DNA of 64,000 nt from Veleropilina oligotropha (Eukaryota), in contig JBEUKZ010000019.1 in NCBI GenBank assembly GCA_048128005.1, forward strand, positions 186,001 through 250,000, in the 5' to 3' direction. The notes beneath the pieces were generated by a model, which did not search any database, had not been told where the DNA came from, and saw nothing but the letters and a program-made list of their open reading frames with translations. Position numbers and translations under genes: made by a program. The number at the start of each line of letters is the position of its first letter. The first letter of the stretch is position 1. Shown one piece after another: positions 1 through 10,953 of this stretch.

Positions 1-1
1 C

Positions 2-2479
2 GTGCTGCAAGATGGCCGCACTTACCGGACAAAAGAGGCTCACGAGAGACTCCAAGAAGCCTGTACAGCGCTGGGGAATGAGTCCCTAGCCGATCGAGCC
101 TTTGGCGAGAACCATGCAGCTAGCATTATGACCAAGGAGACTAACGGCTGGAAACCCACCCCAGCGACCCTGCTCGATGATATCCAGAAGGCCTGCGTAG
201 AGCATGGTCACGGCGGCCTTTGGAATTCCATGAATTACGACACGGGCGATATCTGCTGCATCGACATGAAAGCCTGCTACCCTGCCAGCTTTCTGGGGCA
301 GGGCGAGGCTAAGCCCTATTTCGAAAGATTCGGGCACCCACTCCACAGCATGACCCGGGTCGCAATAAACGGTCCTCTTCCCGAAGATATCGGCACCGGG
401 TTTGCTGAGGTCGTGGGGTGGGAGTTCGCACAAGACATCCACCCCGTCATCCCCGCCTGGTTTGGCAAGCACTTTGCAGAAAATAGCTGGGCACCAACCC
501 CGCTGCTCGCCTTCCTCGTAGAATCTGGACTGCTAAAAAGCCTCAAGATCCGAGAGGCCATTATCGCATTCAAAGCCCAGACCGATGTCTGGCTTCCGGA
601 GAATCGTGACCAGGGCTGCAGTATCATCGGCAAATTCACCCAAGGCGCCAAGGCCGAGGATAAACGATTGACACGGAGGCTTGTGATTGACCAGGGAGAG
701 CTCGACTTCCTGGTACGAGACACCCGCCAAAGCGGTACCCTGGTCGGCGCACCTCAAAGGTGCCCTATGGGGCACATCCTCACGTACTATGATGGCTCGC
801 AGCCACAGTACACCCACCTGAGGGCCAGCATGTTGGCCTATGCCCACATAAACCTCTTGAGCATGGTCCAGCGTTTCAGTGCAGCAGAAGCCGTCCGGGT
901 AGCCACTGACAGCATCTACCTCAAGAAGGCCTCGTTGGAGAAGCTCGACGATGTCACAGTGTACGTTGCCCCCAAACTCTGCGACTGTCGCAGCCAATCG
1001 TGCGTCTCATGTCTGATCGGGGAGCCGTACCTTCCGCCAGTAGCACCGGCCCAGTGGCGTGACAAGGGCGAACAGCTGTATATGCCACAGGAACATGCCG
1101 CATACCTACCCAAGCCAGAGTATTGTTGTGCCGCCAATTCCAGCCAGCCGAGCACCGCGCCATGCTACAATGACACACTGACCCACCATCGCCTGAGTTA
1201 CCTCAACGGTGGAGGGGGCTGTGGCAAGACTACGAGAGCGATCGAGCTCTTTCGGGCAAGGAATCCCGTCGTGTTCACACCAACCCACCGCCTCGCTAAA
1301 GAGATGCGGACCAGAGGCGTCAAAGCCCAGACCTACCACAGCTTCTTCCGATGGAGCGGCCAGAACGACTGGATGCCTGACCGCATGGGTCAGAAGTTCA
1401 TCCCGCGCGTCATTATCTGGGACGAGGTCTGTACTGTTCCGCGGCACATTCTAGAGATGTTCTTGGACTGGCTGGGCCGCCACGAAGTGCAGGTTATCTG
1501 CTGTGGCGATCAAGGCCAGCCACCACCAATTACGGGCGAGATGCCGCACGATTGGCTGCGAAAGACTGCGGACTACTATGAAGAGATCGAAGTAGACTAC
1601 AGGGCGAAAGACGACCCTGCCCTCCAAGCCCTGAAAAGACGGATACGTCTCCAGCCCGACAAAGTCCAGTGCGGCGAGATGCGACGGACGCTCCCTAGCT
1701 GCCTTGGATGGGATCGGTTCGTCAACACCTGGAAGCCAGGCGACCTAATCCTCACCAGCCGTCAGAAGGTCCGCGAACGGGCTCAACAGCTGTTGCTCCA
1801 GAGGCACAAGGAGCACTTCCCAGACTCCCTGGTACCTATCCTGTACCACCCCAGGGACACCCGTAAGCAAAACATCATGGTAACGATTCCGGGCACCAGC
1901 GACAGAGAGGAGCTAGTTCTGAACGACGTCGTCAAGGTCACCATTGACGCCGCTGAGCGGGCTATCCTGACCCCGGATTGGCGCCTGGGCTATGCTCTCA
2001 CCATCCATTCGAGCCAGGGTCTTACGATTCACGACCCACAGAAAGTCTGGATCATCGACGACTACCTTCAGTGGAGTAATCTCGCCTACCTAGCCGTGTC
2101 CCGGGTGGAGCTGCTGCGTCAGCTCGAACGGGTAACCTGTCCTCCGGATGAGGGTTCTGAGGACAGGCCCCCGCCGCAAACCGAGCAACAGCTCCGAAAG
2201 ACCATCCAGAAAAAGCTTGTGGCATACAAACGCCAGGACCAGGCCAAGGATCTCCCGGGGTTTAACCTCAAGGTTGACGACATCCTGCAGCTCAAAGACG
2301 CCCAAAACAACCGCTGCGCAGCATGCAACATAGAGCTGCTCTGGGCCTACCAGCCCAAAGACACACAGCAGTTCAGTGTCGACCGTGTGGACAATAGCAG
2401 GGGCCACATCCGCGACAACGTGCGCTTAACGTGTCTGGAATGTAACCGAAAACGAGGATTTGCGGTTGTTAACGCCTGA
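2..2479 (+). CDS. Replicase fusion, 5'-truncated by the window: degenerate PolB core + SF1 helicase + HNH-type nuclease
   Basis: PolB-like CIDMKACYP, SIIGKF and VATDSIY. SF1 motifs [37 protein letters not shown]-terminal CAAC...[22 protein letters not shown]. Confidence 0.85.
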   Translation: MLQDGRTYRTKEAHERLQEACTALGNESLADRAFGENHAASIMTKETNGWKPTPATLLDDIQKACVEHGHGGLWNSMNYDTGDICCIDMKACYPASFLGQGEAKPYFERFGHPLHSMTRVAINGPLPEDIGTGFAEVVGWEFAQDIHPVIPAWFGKHFAENSWAPTPLLAFLVESGLLKSLKIREAIIAFKAQTDVWLPENRDQGCSIIGKFTQGAKAEDKRLTRRLVIDQGELDFLVRDTRQSGTLVGAPQRCPMGHILTYYDGSQPQYTHLRASMLAYAHINLLSMVQRFSAAEAVRVATDSIYLKKASLEKLDDVTVYVAPKLCDCRSQSCVSCLIGEPYLPPVAPAQWRDKGEQLYMPQEHAAYLPKPEYCCAANSSQPSTAPCYNDTLTHHRLSYLNGGGGCGKTTRAIELFRARNPVVFTPTHRLAKEMRTRGVKAQTYHSFFRWSGQNDWMPDRMGQKFIPRVIIWDEVCTVPRHILEMFLDWLGRHEVQVICCGDQGQPPPITGEMPHDWLRKTADYYEEIEVDYRAKDDPALQALKRRIRLQPDKVQCGEMRRTLPSCLGWDRFVNTWKPGDLILTSRQKVRERAQQLLLQRHKEHFPDSLVPILYHPRDTRKQNIMVTIPGTSDREELVLNDVVKVTIDAAERAILTPDWRLGYALTIHSSQGLTIHDPQKVWIIDDYLQWSNLAYLAVSRVELLRQLERVTCPPDEGSEDRPPPQTEQQLRKTIQKKLVAYKRQDQAKDLPGFNLKVDDILQLKDAQNNRCAACNIELLWAYQPKDTQQFSVDRVDNSRGHIRDNVRLTCLECNRKRGFAVVNA

Positions 2480-3467
2480 GAACCGGCGGCAGCTGGGTAT
2501 CACGAGGCCCCACAAGAAGTTCCTCACGAACGAAGCCACGCGGTGGTCCATCCAGCAAGTAGTAGAGCACAGGCTCGTCAGGCTTAGTGACGGAGCGTCC
2601 AAGCCTGTAAACTTTTAGAGACCACACCGGGTCAGTAGCACGGCGATGACCCCCCTCCAGCTCACCATCGTAGTAAAGGTAGCGAACATCTACGTCAGAG
2701 GGGAGTTTCTGTTCCTTCCCCTGTCGGCCTGGAACAGTGGCGCCTGGCTTTTGGGCAATGCGAGGTGCCTTGATGGCGTCCTTGGGCTTTTTACCGGTCA
2801 GCCTGGTCACTTCCCCATTCAAGGCCGCAACTACAGCTGCTAACCGGGCGACCCACTCAGTTGACCTTTGACCCTCTTTCGCAGACTCTGCAAACCGCAT
2901 CTCTGTTGCATACTGGTGCCCGAAGAGCCGCTCAGCGAGCGTCCGGTTGAAGCGCTCCACAATGCCCTGATCGCGATGGATATCCACACGGCCACGCCTA
3001 ACCTCGACGTTATTCTTTGCCAGCAGCTGGGAAACCGCGCCCATAAACTCTCGCCCTGGATCGACTTGAAGCAGTTTCGGCCAGCCAAGAGGACTCCGCC
3101 TGTAGATTCGGGCTAGTGCTTCAGCAACCCCTTTGGCCTCTTTTGTGACCAGAGGCTCAGCCTCTTTAAAGCGACTGGCCACATCAACCACAGTCAAAGC
3201 GTACTTGTACGTTTTACGGCCGACCTTGTCATGGGGCAGAAACAGGAGATCGGCTTGGTGAACCTCGTTCGGCGTCGTAACGTCAAACCGTGGTCTTGGA
3301 ATCCGCCGTGGCGCAGGTAAATAGATCTGCCATATAGCCTGCCTCTTAAGCCATGTCCGGGCCTCCACTTCAGACGCCTTGGCAGCCTCAGCTAGTTTCT
3401 TTATCGCGGCAATGCCTTTCCAGTAGCCCTTAGGGCTGTAGTATATCCTCGCAAGCTTACTATCCAT
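2469..3467 (-). CDS. Retroviral-type (rve) DDE integrase, Polinton type, no obvious chromodomain
   Basis: [15 protein letters not shown] and IVERFNRTL give the D,D,E triad. ATG at 3467. Confidence 0.93.
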   Translation of the reverse strand: MDSKLARIYYSPKGYWKGIAAIKKLAEAAKASEVEARTWLKRQAIWQIYLPAPRRIPRPRFDVTTPNEVHQADLLFLPHDKVGRKTYKYALTVVDVASRFKEAEPLVTKEAKGVAEALARIYRRSPLGWPKLLQVDPGREFMGAVSQLLAKNNVEVRRGRVDIHRDQGIVERFNRTLAERLFGHQYATEMRFAESAKEGQRSTEWVARLAAVVAALNGEVTRLTGKKPKDAIKAPRIAQKPGATVPGRQGKEQKLPSDVDVRYLYYDGELEGGHRRATDPVWSLKVYRLGRSVTKPDEPVLYYLLDGPPRGFVREELLVGPRDTQLPPVLRR

Positions 3468-3681
3468 CAGCAATGTATTCCAGTAAACTGATCAGTCTCC
3501 AACAGGCTTCAGCTTCCGGAGCCGGTCGCTGCGCAGTCGTCTCCCAAAGGTTGGTCGGGCCCGAGAGCACCAGGACCGCGAACCGCACCATAGTCTTTTC
3601 GTCGCGGCGCCAGCAGTCGAGTAACGTAGTACTATAGCCGACCGCAAGCATAGCGCAGTACAGCTCTTCTGGGAGCCCCAT
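3460..3681 (-). CDS. Hypothetical 73-aa viral protein
   Basis: ATG-started ORF conserved in copy 2 (42541-42762); overlaps the integrase start. Confidence 0.5.
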   Translation of the reverse strand: MGLPEELYCAMLAVGYSTTLLDCWRRDEKTMVRFAVLVLSGPTNLWETTAQRPAPEAEACWRLISLLEYIADG

Positions 3682-3722
3682 TATTATACCTGGCACACGA
3701 AAAAAATGTCCACTGGAAATAA

Positions 3723-4154
3723 TTAGGCGAGCTTGTAGGCGACCAACCCGGTCGCAGCCATCCCGAGGATGATGAAGGTGATCTCACGTCCCTTCTGGGC
3801 ATCGCTCGGTGTGTAGTAGTCAGACAGCTGGGGCTCAGGGCCACCTCCTATAGCGGTGGGGTCAAGTTTCTTGCCGGTGATCAATGCATACTCACGGATA
3901 GCGGCGTCAACATCTCGGAATGTCCCAACAGCGTGACCCTGGCGGCGAAGTTCAACGTTCAGCCAGTCGAGACGCTCTGCCCTCTGTTGTGACCATTTAG
4001 TCTGAGCAGCGTTGAGCTGTTCTACAGCAATGTCGTGGCGTTTACGCTCCGCATCGACACCGGAGCTGCGTAGCTTCGAGAAGAGGAAGTTCGAGCCGCT
4101 GAAGGCGAGGGCGTTGACGAGAGCGCCCCCAACCAGCATCGCAATGGAAGCCAT
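3723..4154 (-). CDS. Hypothetical membrane protein (hydrophobic N-terminus, helical middle, C-terminal TM)
   Basis: [18 protein letters not shown]...[19 protein letters not shown]; conserved in copy 2. Confidence 0.75.
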   Translation of the reverse strand: MASIAMLVGGALVNALAFSGSNFLFSKLRSSGVDAERKRHDIAVEQLNAAQTKWSQQRAERLDWLNVELRRQGHAVGTFRDVDAAIREYALITGKKLDPTAIGGGPEPQLSDYYTPSDAQKGREITFIILGMAATGLVAYKLA

Positions 4155-4185
4155 TGAAATGCTGCGATTATCTAGCAAGGTCCCA

Positions 4186-4425
4186 CTACTTCAATATATC
4201 GGCCGGAATGATGCCTTGCTTGATCAGCATGTCTTTCGTCGCCATGGCGAGCGCTACGTCGAGGACGACCATCCCGACATCGTAGCCCGTGAAGTCCAGT
4301 TTGGGGCTCGCTCCCTTGAATACCATCTTTGTCAGGCGTGCGTAGCCAATGGCGAGGCCTGACACTATAGCGGCGTGGTATACAGCGTTGCCGAGCATCT
4401 TTCCATCAGTGATTGGGGTAGTCAT
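4186..4425 (-). CDS. Small hydrophobic 79-aa viral protein
   Basis: Two hydrophobic segments; identical protein in copy 2. Confidence 0.72.
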   Translation of the reverse strand: MTTPITDGKMLGNAVYHAAIVSGLAIGYARLTKMVFKGASPKLDFTGYDVGMVVLDVALAMATKDMLIKQGIIPADILK

Positions 4426-4450
4426 AACTGTTGATTAGTACCGTTTGCGA

Positions 4451-4942
4451 CTATTGCATATGAAAAGGGTTCTCCTTCTTCAATTCGATAGTGGGGGCGG
4501 CCCGAGGCTGCCTAGCGTCCGCGTCTGGTGGCTGTTGATGTGGTGTGGATGGACCAGGGTTGCTGCGTTCTGAGGACGTCTTCCAGACAACAAATACCAA
4601 CGCAACCGTACCGGCAGCGACGGCTACCTGGGTCCAATTAAATAGGTCCGATTTCCGTGTATCTGGCGCACGCGGTCTTTCTGCGGCTGGAACCGCCTCC
4701 CCGGGCTGTTCTGATGGAACGACAACACTTGTTGGGGCACTCAGGTCTTCTTTCATTTTTCGAACCGCGGCCAGTAGCTTCTCCTGCTTGGCTTTTCGAG
4801 CAGCAGCGCCGGCCCTCCCTGCAGCCACTTTTTTCGGGTCCTTTTTACTCACTGATGAGTCCGTCGAAGAAGTCACACTCTCTATCGGCTGGCTCTCGAT
4901 CGGCTGGCTCTCGATCACTTGGTCCACTTCCAGCGTTGTCAT
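4451..4942 (-). CDS. Hypothetical protein with basic patch and one TM segment
   Basis: [20 protein letters not shown] and [15 protein letters not shown]; conserved in copy 2. Confidence 0.7.
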   Translation of the reverse strand: MTTLEVDQVIESQPIESQPIESVTSSTDSSVSKKDPKKVAAGRAGAAARKAKQEKLLAAVRKMKEDLSAPTSVVVPSEQPGEAVPAAERPRAPDTRKSDLFNWTQVAVAAGTVALVFVVWKTSSERSNPGPSTPHQQPPDADARQPRAAPTIELKKENPFHMQ

Positions 4943-5642
4943 CTTGATCTCGCCCTCGCTCTGGTATCTTAGGCGGGCAAACATGCCCAAATTGGCAGTG
5001 CTTAGCCGTGGTCAACGCTGTGGTCAGCGGTGCGAGGTACATGCCATATTTATAATACAGCTCACAGCTTGCAGTGGTCAGGGCATGTGAGATGAACGGG
5101 TCGGCCTCCAGGTCGGCGATCAGTCGTAGCTGGTTTGCTGGTGGAATGGGCAGGAACATCCCAGCTGCCCCCGCGTAGAGATGAATAGCTGAAGTCCCCA
5201 GAGTCTTCGTCACATCGGCACCAAGTTTCGCTTCATACCTCGCGTGGTGCTTTTCGACCTCGTCGTCAGTCATGTCGTCTATCCGGTCCACTGTGAGGTT
5301 ACGCCCCATGTATCGGTGGGCCTGTCCTCCAACGGCTAAGGCTGCAAGCCTCTCACGCTTTGCCGCGCAAACGGAACTTGCGACTCCACTGTTACTGACA
5401 GGTTCCTTGCCATCGGGAGTCAAGCGACAGCTGTTGATGGTTGTTTCTTGTTCGTCATCCATGAGTTGATCGATGAGGCTGTCCATCCTGAAGCGTTTCC
5501 AACATCGCCTCACCGGTCTAATATAACTGTAAATCCAATACCACAATGTAGCGAGTAGGAGCAAGATCAGGCTCTGGCTGAAAGCAAAAGCTAGATATAC
5601 AGCGTCCGACATGCGAGAGCTTGCTGGGCAGCTACTTAGCAT
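4845..5642 (-). CDS. Hypothetical ~260-aa viral protein with N-terminal hydrophobic segment
   Basis: Long ORF conserved in copy 2, with an in-frame 12-bp indel between copies; true start uncertain. Confidence 0.7.
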   Translation of the reverse strand: MLSSCPASSRMSDAVYLAFAFSQSLILLLLATLWYWIYSYIRPVRRCWKRFRMDSLIDQLMDDEQETTINSCRLTPDGKEPVSNSGVASSVCAAKRERLAALAVGGQAHRYMGRNLTVDRIDDMTDDEVEKHHARYEAKLGADVTKTLGTSAIHLYAGAAGMFLPIPPANQLRLIADLEADPFISHALTTASCELYYKYGMYLAPLTTALTTAKHCQFGHVCPPKIPERGRDQDDNAGSGPSDREPADREPADRECDFFDGLISE

Positions 5643-5653
5643 CTGCTGGGTAG

Positions 5654-6286
5654 CTATAGCACACTATAAGCAACGGGCTGATCAGTTTTCAACAGAAGCT
5701 TAGCGTGTCGTGTCTCGGCCAACAGCCGGCGAACATCGGTCCGTTCATCCTGCGACGGGATTACATCGTTCTCGCGCAGACAGTCCTCGAAACTGTCGCG
5801 GTCCTTGCAATGGAACAGCGCGACCCAGCGGGTCTGCTCTCTGAGCTCCTTCAAGACCGAGTTGTACTTTTGCGTCACTACCCATACGCTCTGGGAAGCA
5901 TGCCTGCCGCTGAAGGCCAACAAAGTCAGCATGTCCCGTTTTTTGGCGAGGGCTTTGCTGGCGGCGCAGTCGTCGATTATGTACAGAGTCGACTCCCCCT
6001 GAAACAGCCGGTAGAACCCCCGCAGCCAGTCATGGAGTCGCTCACCCGGGGGGACTAAATACACCTCAGGGTCGGTCCAGATCCACGGACAAGACTGGTA
6101 TGCCTTGTTGAACTTGATCGTGGGGCAGAGGATCACGATATGCCGGAAGACGCCTCGATACTCCCCTTCCAGCAGTTCAAGCATGAAAACCGTCTTCCCA
6201 CAACCGGTCTGGCCGCAGATGATTGCGGAGTGGGGGTCCTTGGTGTGCGGAAATCGTTTAGTACAGTGCTTCGACGAATCGGCCAT
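5654..6286 (-). CDS. A32/FtsK-HerA-type genome packaging ATPase
   Basis: Walker [12 protein letters not shown], Walker B YIIDDC, SGRH motif, VVTQ; adjacent to the capsid gene. Confidence 0.9.
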   Translation of the reverse strand: MADSSKHCTKRFPHTKDPHSAIICGQTGCGKTVFMLELLEGEYRGVFRHIVILCPTIKFNKAYQSCPWIWTDPEVYLVPPGERLHDWLRGFYRLFQGESTLYIIDDCAASKALAKKRDMLTLLAFSGRHASQSVWVVTQKYNSVLKELREQTRWVALFHCKDRDSFEDCLRENDVIPSQDERTDVRRLLAETRHAKLLLKTDQPVAYSVL

Positions 6287-7559
6287 TCTCGATATTCAGC
6301 TGTGCGTCCATGATCACGAACTCGTAGACGTTCAGTGGACCGGCCGCTTCGGCTGTTTTAGTGATCTGAATAGTAATGCCTTCGCTGGCGTTCTCGACCC
6401 TCCGGCCTGACCCGTGCAACTGATCGTCGTCAGTTACCCGCATATCGATCCAGAGCGCAAATTTCTTAGTCAGAAATTCGCCCAGGGTGACGTCTGCCAT
6501 CTCCAAGTCCTTTGCGACCATCGCGACCTCAGGATGCCGCTTGCTGCTGCCGGAGGCGAACATTTTCTTGGCTTCTTCCCAGATCTGGTATGTTCGCATG
6601 CCCTGGCTGTAGATTTGATTCGGGACACCCTCGATTGTGACCTCGACCTTTGTGATCTTCGGATTATAGAAGGCCTCAGTATCGCGAGAGAATGGCGCGG
6701 CGTCTCTCGCAGGGTCCTCGAACAACAGTAGTATTCCTTTCATCGACCTCGCCGGTACGTTCACATTCATATTCCACAACGAGTCGCTCTTGTCTAGGGT
6801 GAGCTTCCGATGCCGGAGAACACGGTCGTACAGGATTACGAGTTGACCCTGGTATTGATTTCGAATCCGTCTGGCAAGCTCGGATTGGGTTACCATGTCA
6901 TATTCGAGGGATATATTGTCGATGGAATAGCTGGAACCGGAGTCGTCCGTATCCCGGATAGTCCGGGAGTAGTCGTTGAACGTTAGCTCATACTCGAGAC
7001 GGTCTCCAAGGGCGCTTTGATAGAATGGCATGTGACTTTCCAACAGCTCGAAATCCAGCGGGATGCGGAATCGGTTACCGTACGCGGCCGCGACCGCGAC
7101 ATCCTCAGACAGTCTGAAGGCGTCTGCCGCACCAACACGATGCTTCGTAGTGTTGTGTCCATCGCTGGTATCAATCCCCTGGTACTGGGCGTTCTTGCGC
7201 TCCCCTGTGGTCTTCCAGAGATCGCAGTAGCAGTGGTACACGTCGGAGTCGTCAATCGACATGATCTCGTTTCCACTTATCTTTATCGTGGTCTTTCTGA
7301 TCACGGCACGGCCGATATTTTGCACTACAGTCCTATTCGCATTTACCGAGGTCAGTGAGATGGTAAATGCGAGGTGGGCAGTCCCTGGAACGATCACGTC
7401 ATTCGCCCCGAGATTAGGGAACCGAACCAGGAGCTGCTGGTTCGGGGCAATCGTTGATGGATTGTTTGTAATCGTGACCGACTGGCGGATGCCCTTGACC
7501 GCGAGGGGCTCACGCAGTCTGCGGTATGGATTAAGCTTGCGTCCGTATACGCTGGTCAT
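6258..7559 (-). CDS. Probable double jelly-roll major capsid protein (433 aa)
   Basis: Size, beta-rich pattern, position beside the ATPase and near-identity between copies. The fold is inferred. Confidence 0.75.
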   Translation of the reverse strand: MTSVYGRKLNPYRRLREPLAVKGIRQSVTITNNPSTIAPNQQLLVRFPNLGANDVIVPGTAHLAFTISLTSVNANRTVVQNIGRAVIRKTTIKISGNEIMSIDDSDVYHCYCDLWKTTGERKNAQYQGIDTSDGHNTTKHRVGAADAFRLSEDVAVAAAYGNRFRIPLDFELLESHMPFYQSALGDRLEYELTFNDYSRTIRDTDDSGSSYSIDNISLEYDMVTQSELARRIRNQYQGQLVILYDRVLRHRKLTLDKSDSLWNMNVNVPARSMKGILLLFEDPARDAAPFSRDTEAFYNPKITKVEVTIEGVPNQIYSQGMRTYQIWEEAKKMFASGSSKRHPEVAMVAKDLEMADVTLGEFLTKKFALWIDMRVTDDDQLHGSGRRVENASEGITIQITKTAEAAGPLNVYEFVIMDAQLNIENGRFVEALY

Positions 7560-7595
7560 GGCGGAATTAGATGCGTATCCCACTGATGTATTCAA

Positions 7596-8916
7596 ATGGC
7601 GGAATTCGAGAACCCCGCATTCGAGCCTGACGATCTCATCGACAACGATGATACCATCGTCGACGATATTGATGTGGATAGATCCACCGACCGGTTTATG
7701 CCTGTTCTTTCGGAACGGCCACAGGAAGGAACCAGCAGTCTGCGGCAAGAGCTCGTTCAGGGCGTGGTTGACGACTACTACAAAGCCCTGGCACAGGAGG
7801 GGCAGACCCCCGCAGCAGGGCGACATTATTCAAAATTCAAGTACGTGGCGGGAAAATTAGGGCGGGGGGGAAAATTGATGATGACGGACCACCCCGACAT
7901 CAATCTCATCAATTCTCGCACCGGCAACCCCTTGTCGTTGTCAACAATAGCTGGCCGGCCTGGTGGGGGTGATGCCATCCGAGATCTGGGTTTTGTAAAC
8001 TGGAAGCGGGGAGGGGGGGGACAAAAGCTGTCCTCAAAAGCGGTTGCAGCTCTTCAGGCAGCCGACACTGAGTTGAGCGGTGCTGCGGCGAACGTCGAAA
8101 ACGTAGAACTGCGGGACTTGGGGCAGACTGCTACTGATGCCTCGGTAGCAATCCACACGATGGAGACGGAATTCACTGATACCGAGGTTGAAGAAATCTT
8201 AGGCACAATGGGGGACCCTCCATTAAACCTCTGCGAGCTTCGCGGACTTGACAAGGCGATGCAGACCATTCGAGGCGAGCTCACTAACAATCTAGCCAAA
8301 CTAACGGCGCTGGCTGGACGAACACATAGAGCTGGAGAAGAGCAAGCTCGATCGGGCCGATGAAGAGGGCGGTGTGGATGAGTTTATTCGTCGACGGATC
8401 GCGGAACATCTGCGCAACTTAAACGATGAACGAGCAGCTCGCCTAGAGGCAGCCTCATCAAGCCGGGAGGCCCTACGCTCTCAAATCAGCCGGATCCGAG
8501 AGATGCTAAATCGGATACTCCACTCAGATACCACGCTGGCCGAGCGTATCCGGACCCTATTTCGCGAGCAGGGGGTCACGATCGCAACCATACTGACCGC
8601 TATTGGGTTGGCCATCTCGACTTTGGTACTAGCCCTGACAGGCGGAGCGCCGAGCATACCACCAACACCACCACCTCCCAGTGGTCAGGGCGGGGTCAAG
8701 GAGTGGGTCAAAAAGCAGCTGCAGAACCTGGGAAGGATTCTAGGCAAACTAGCAGGGAAGGCCGCAGCCGCGCTCCCAGGAATACTTGGAAGCCTGGTCT
8801 CCTGGCTAATCAACCTGATTGGCAAGACAGCATCGTGGCTCGCTGAAAACCTATGGGCACTGGTCATATCAGTTGGGGGCTTGCTTCTTATTGCCGCTAG
8901 ACAGTGGGTCACGTAA
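7596..8916 (+). pseudogene. Frameshifted copy of the 437-aa coiled-coil/hydrophobic membrane protein
   Basis: A GCTG tandem duplication at 8309-8316 splits the ORF that is intact at 37329-38642. Confidence 0.85.
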
Positions 8917-10205
8917 GCCAAATGAACGCTAGGCCAACGACAATGCCGCCCACGATAAGTGCGGTTTTATCCTCGTCATGTTTGGTTGCCCCAGCTGAAA
9001 CAGCTGCCACTGGGGCCACAGCCGGCAGAGAGCCACGATGCTTCGGAGTGACCGCATCTGCGGGTAAGACGGCGGGCGTCTTGTGGGATGACCAATCCTG
9101 TTTCTCCAGTCTCCCCAGTGGCGTTGGGTGGAACAGGATTGGCCGCGTTCACCGTAGTATTAAGACCTAGGGTCTGGGCTTCCGTGGCAACGACGATTTC
9201 GTTGTTATACCCAGCCACATGCCCTACCCGAAGGAGCATGTCACTTGGCGCCATGTAAAGGCCGACGCCGAATACGAAGTCTACTTTAGACCTGGCATAC
9301 TGCAAAACGTCCTGGTACCGTTTGATGGCTGCAGGGAGGTCAACGGGGGATGCGATGGCGTCTTCCACGTTCGCCAGGAACTGTTTCTGTGCGTCAAATG
9401 CCGTCCCACTACCCAGAATACTTGCACGCGTTTGAGCCTGCGCTCCAAGAATCGCCCAGACATAGGTCCTAATGGAATCATTGAGCCTCTCCACGCCGGC
9501 CTGGGTGAATCCCACCGACTTGTCCAGAATAAAAGTAGCCCAACCGTTTTTAAGCGCAGGCGCTTGCGCGATGTAGTCCACGTGCAGATTCGTGTTGGTC
9601 GTACCTTTGGTGAAGGACATTCGGCTTGGATCATACTCACGTCCGATGGGGTGGTAGCCGTTGTTCGTCCAGTAGCTGTAAGCGGTGCCTAGTCCACCGT
9701 TGGGACCCTTGACACGCCAGTCGGTATGTGGGGACACTCCGAATTCGCTGCAGATCTTTTCATATGCCCTTCGGTCATACGGGGTGTCGAATGCATCCCA
9801 CGTCCGGTCTTGTGGCAGCGGCGCCTGAATCTCGGTCAAGATCCTTCTGACCTGATAGTAGACGTGGAAGGTGAATACAGCAGTGGAGAGGGCTGCAGTA
9901 GCATTCAAGTGGTCTTCTGAGGAGATCCCGGAACCTGTTGTGGCACACCATACTGCGAAGTTGACCTTGTTCTGCCAGAACCGCATCGGTGTGCTGTGCC
10001 AAGCCCTTATCAGTCGGTCACTCGCGACATGTGGGAGGCGATACTTTTGAAATACGTCGGGGTAGTCTGCCCCGAATGCAGTGGTTGAGCTATTACCCAC
10101 ATTGATGCTTGGTCTCGTAAGCTGCTCATCTTTGATCTTTGCTGGGTACACCACACCGGTCGGATAGGCCGCACTCCTATTGAACACAAATGCGCTCTTA
10201 GCCAT
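8909..10205 (-). pseudogene. Frameshifted copy of the 431-aa C-terminally anchored protein
   Basis: A GGCG tandem duplication at 9071-9078 removes the C-terminal TM present in 36041-37336. Confidence 0.8.
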
Positions 10206-10212
10206 AGCTACT

Positions 10213-10953
10213 ATGTTCCACACATTAACAAACGTTCAAGAGGGGACCGCGGTTGCCCTCCTGGAGCCGATTGATAACCGGGACGGCAAGCTATGTGTCA
10301 GCTTGCAGTCGCTCGACTATTGGGTAGGCTGGCACAACGTGCATGCCGGAGCCTTCTTTAAGACCCCCGATACCACGGTCGACGTGGCACCAGGTTTCTA
10401 CAGCTTCGATGACCTCGCCAAGACGATGAAGAGGTCGCTAGTTAACCTACAACTAGATGTAAGCCATGCTACAGGGCTCGCCCGAATCGTGGTCCCAGAG
10501 GGGACTCGACTCGCGATAAGCGACGATATACGAAAACTCCTCGGCTTAGACCTCTCTTCGTTTATTCTCGATAAAGCAGGGAATCTGAACCCACCGGTTC
10601 GGGGAGTACAGGGCCAACCACCTCCCCCTCCGGAGAGATCCGAGTGGCTACGCCCTGGGACTTATGACGGGAATAAGCCTGTCGGGTTTGCCATAGCGCC
10701 AACCCTACACGTTCACCTGGAGCAGCTCAGTACAACGCACAATGTGAAGGACGGCGCCCCGAGCACTGTTCTCGCGGTGGTCCCTATCACGTCGCAGATG
10801 TTCGGTGAAGCTGGCCACTATCATAGCTATCCCGCCGGCCGGCGACTACAGGCCGGGCTAATCACAGAGTTGAAGGTGTACGTCACAGACGCAGACAGTA
10901 ACCCGATCGACAATCACGGCATGCCCATTACCGCAGTCCTTGCGATACAATGA
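10213..10953 (+). CDS. Probable minor capsid protein (penton, single jelly roll)
   Basis: Polinton penton-like pattern WHNV...PGFYS...STVLAVVP...[10 protein letters not shown]...[12 protein letters not shown]; 246 aa. Confidence 0.75.
   Translation: MFHTLTNVQEGTAVALLEPIDNRDGKLCVSLQSLDYWVGWHNVHAGAFFKTPDTTVDVAPGFYSFDDLAKTMKRSLVNLQLDVSHATGLARIVVPEGTRLAISDDIRKLLGLDLSSFILDKAGNLNPPVRGVQGQPPPPPERSEWLRPGTYDGNKPVGFAIAPTLHVHLEQLSTTHNVKDGAPSTVLAVVPITSQMFGEAGHYHSYPAGRRLQAGLITELKVYVTDADSNPIDNHGMPITAVLAIQ

Noticed and set aside
86..2407. Many antisense or alternate-frame ORFs over the replicase (also 43804-47573 and over the capsid genes)
   Set aside because: Shadow ORFs of GC-rich coding DNA with no recognisable motifs; their boundaries often differ between copies.
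7560..7826. N-terminal extension giving a 522-aa capsid ORF in copy 1
   Set aside because: It is antisense to the neighbouring gene and absent in copy 2; the shared ATG is at 7559/38679.
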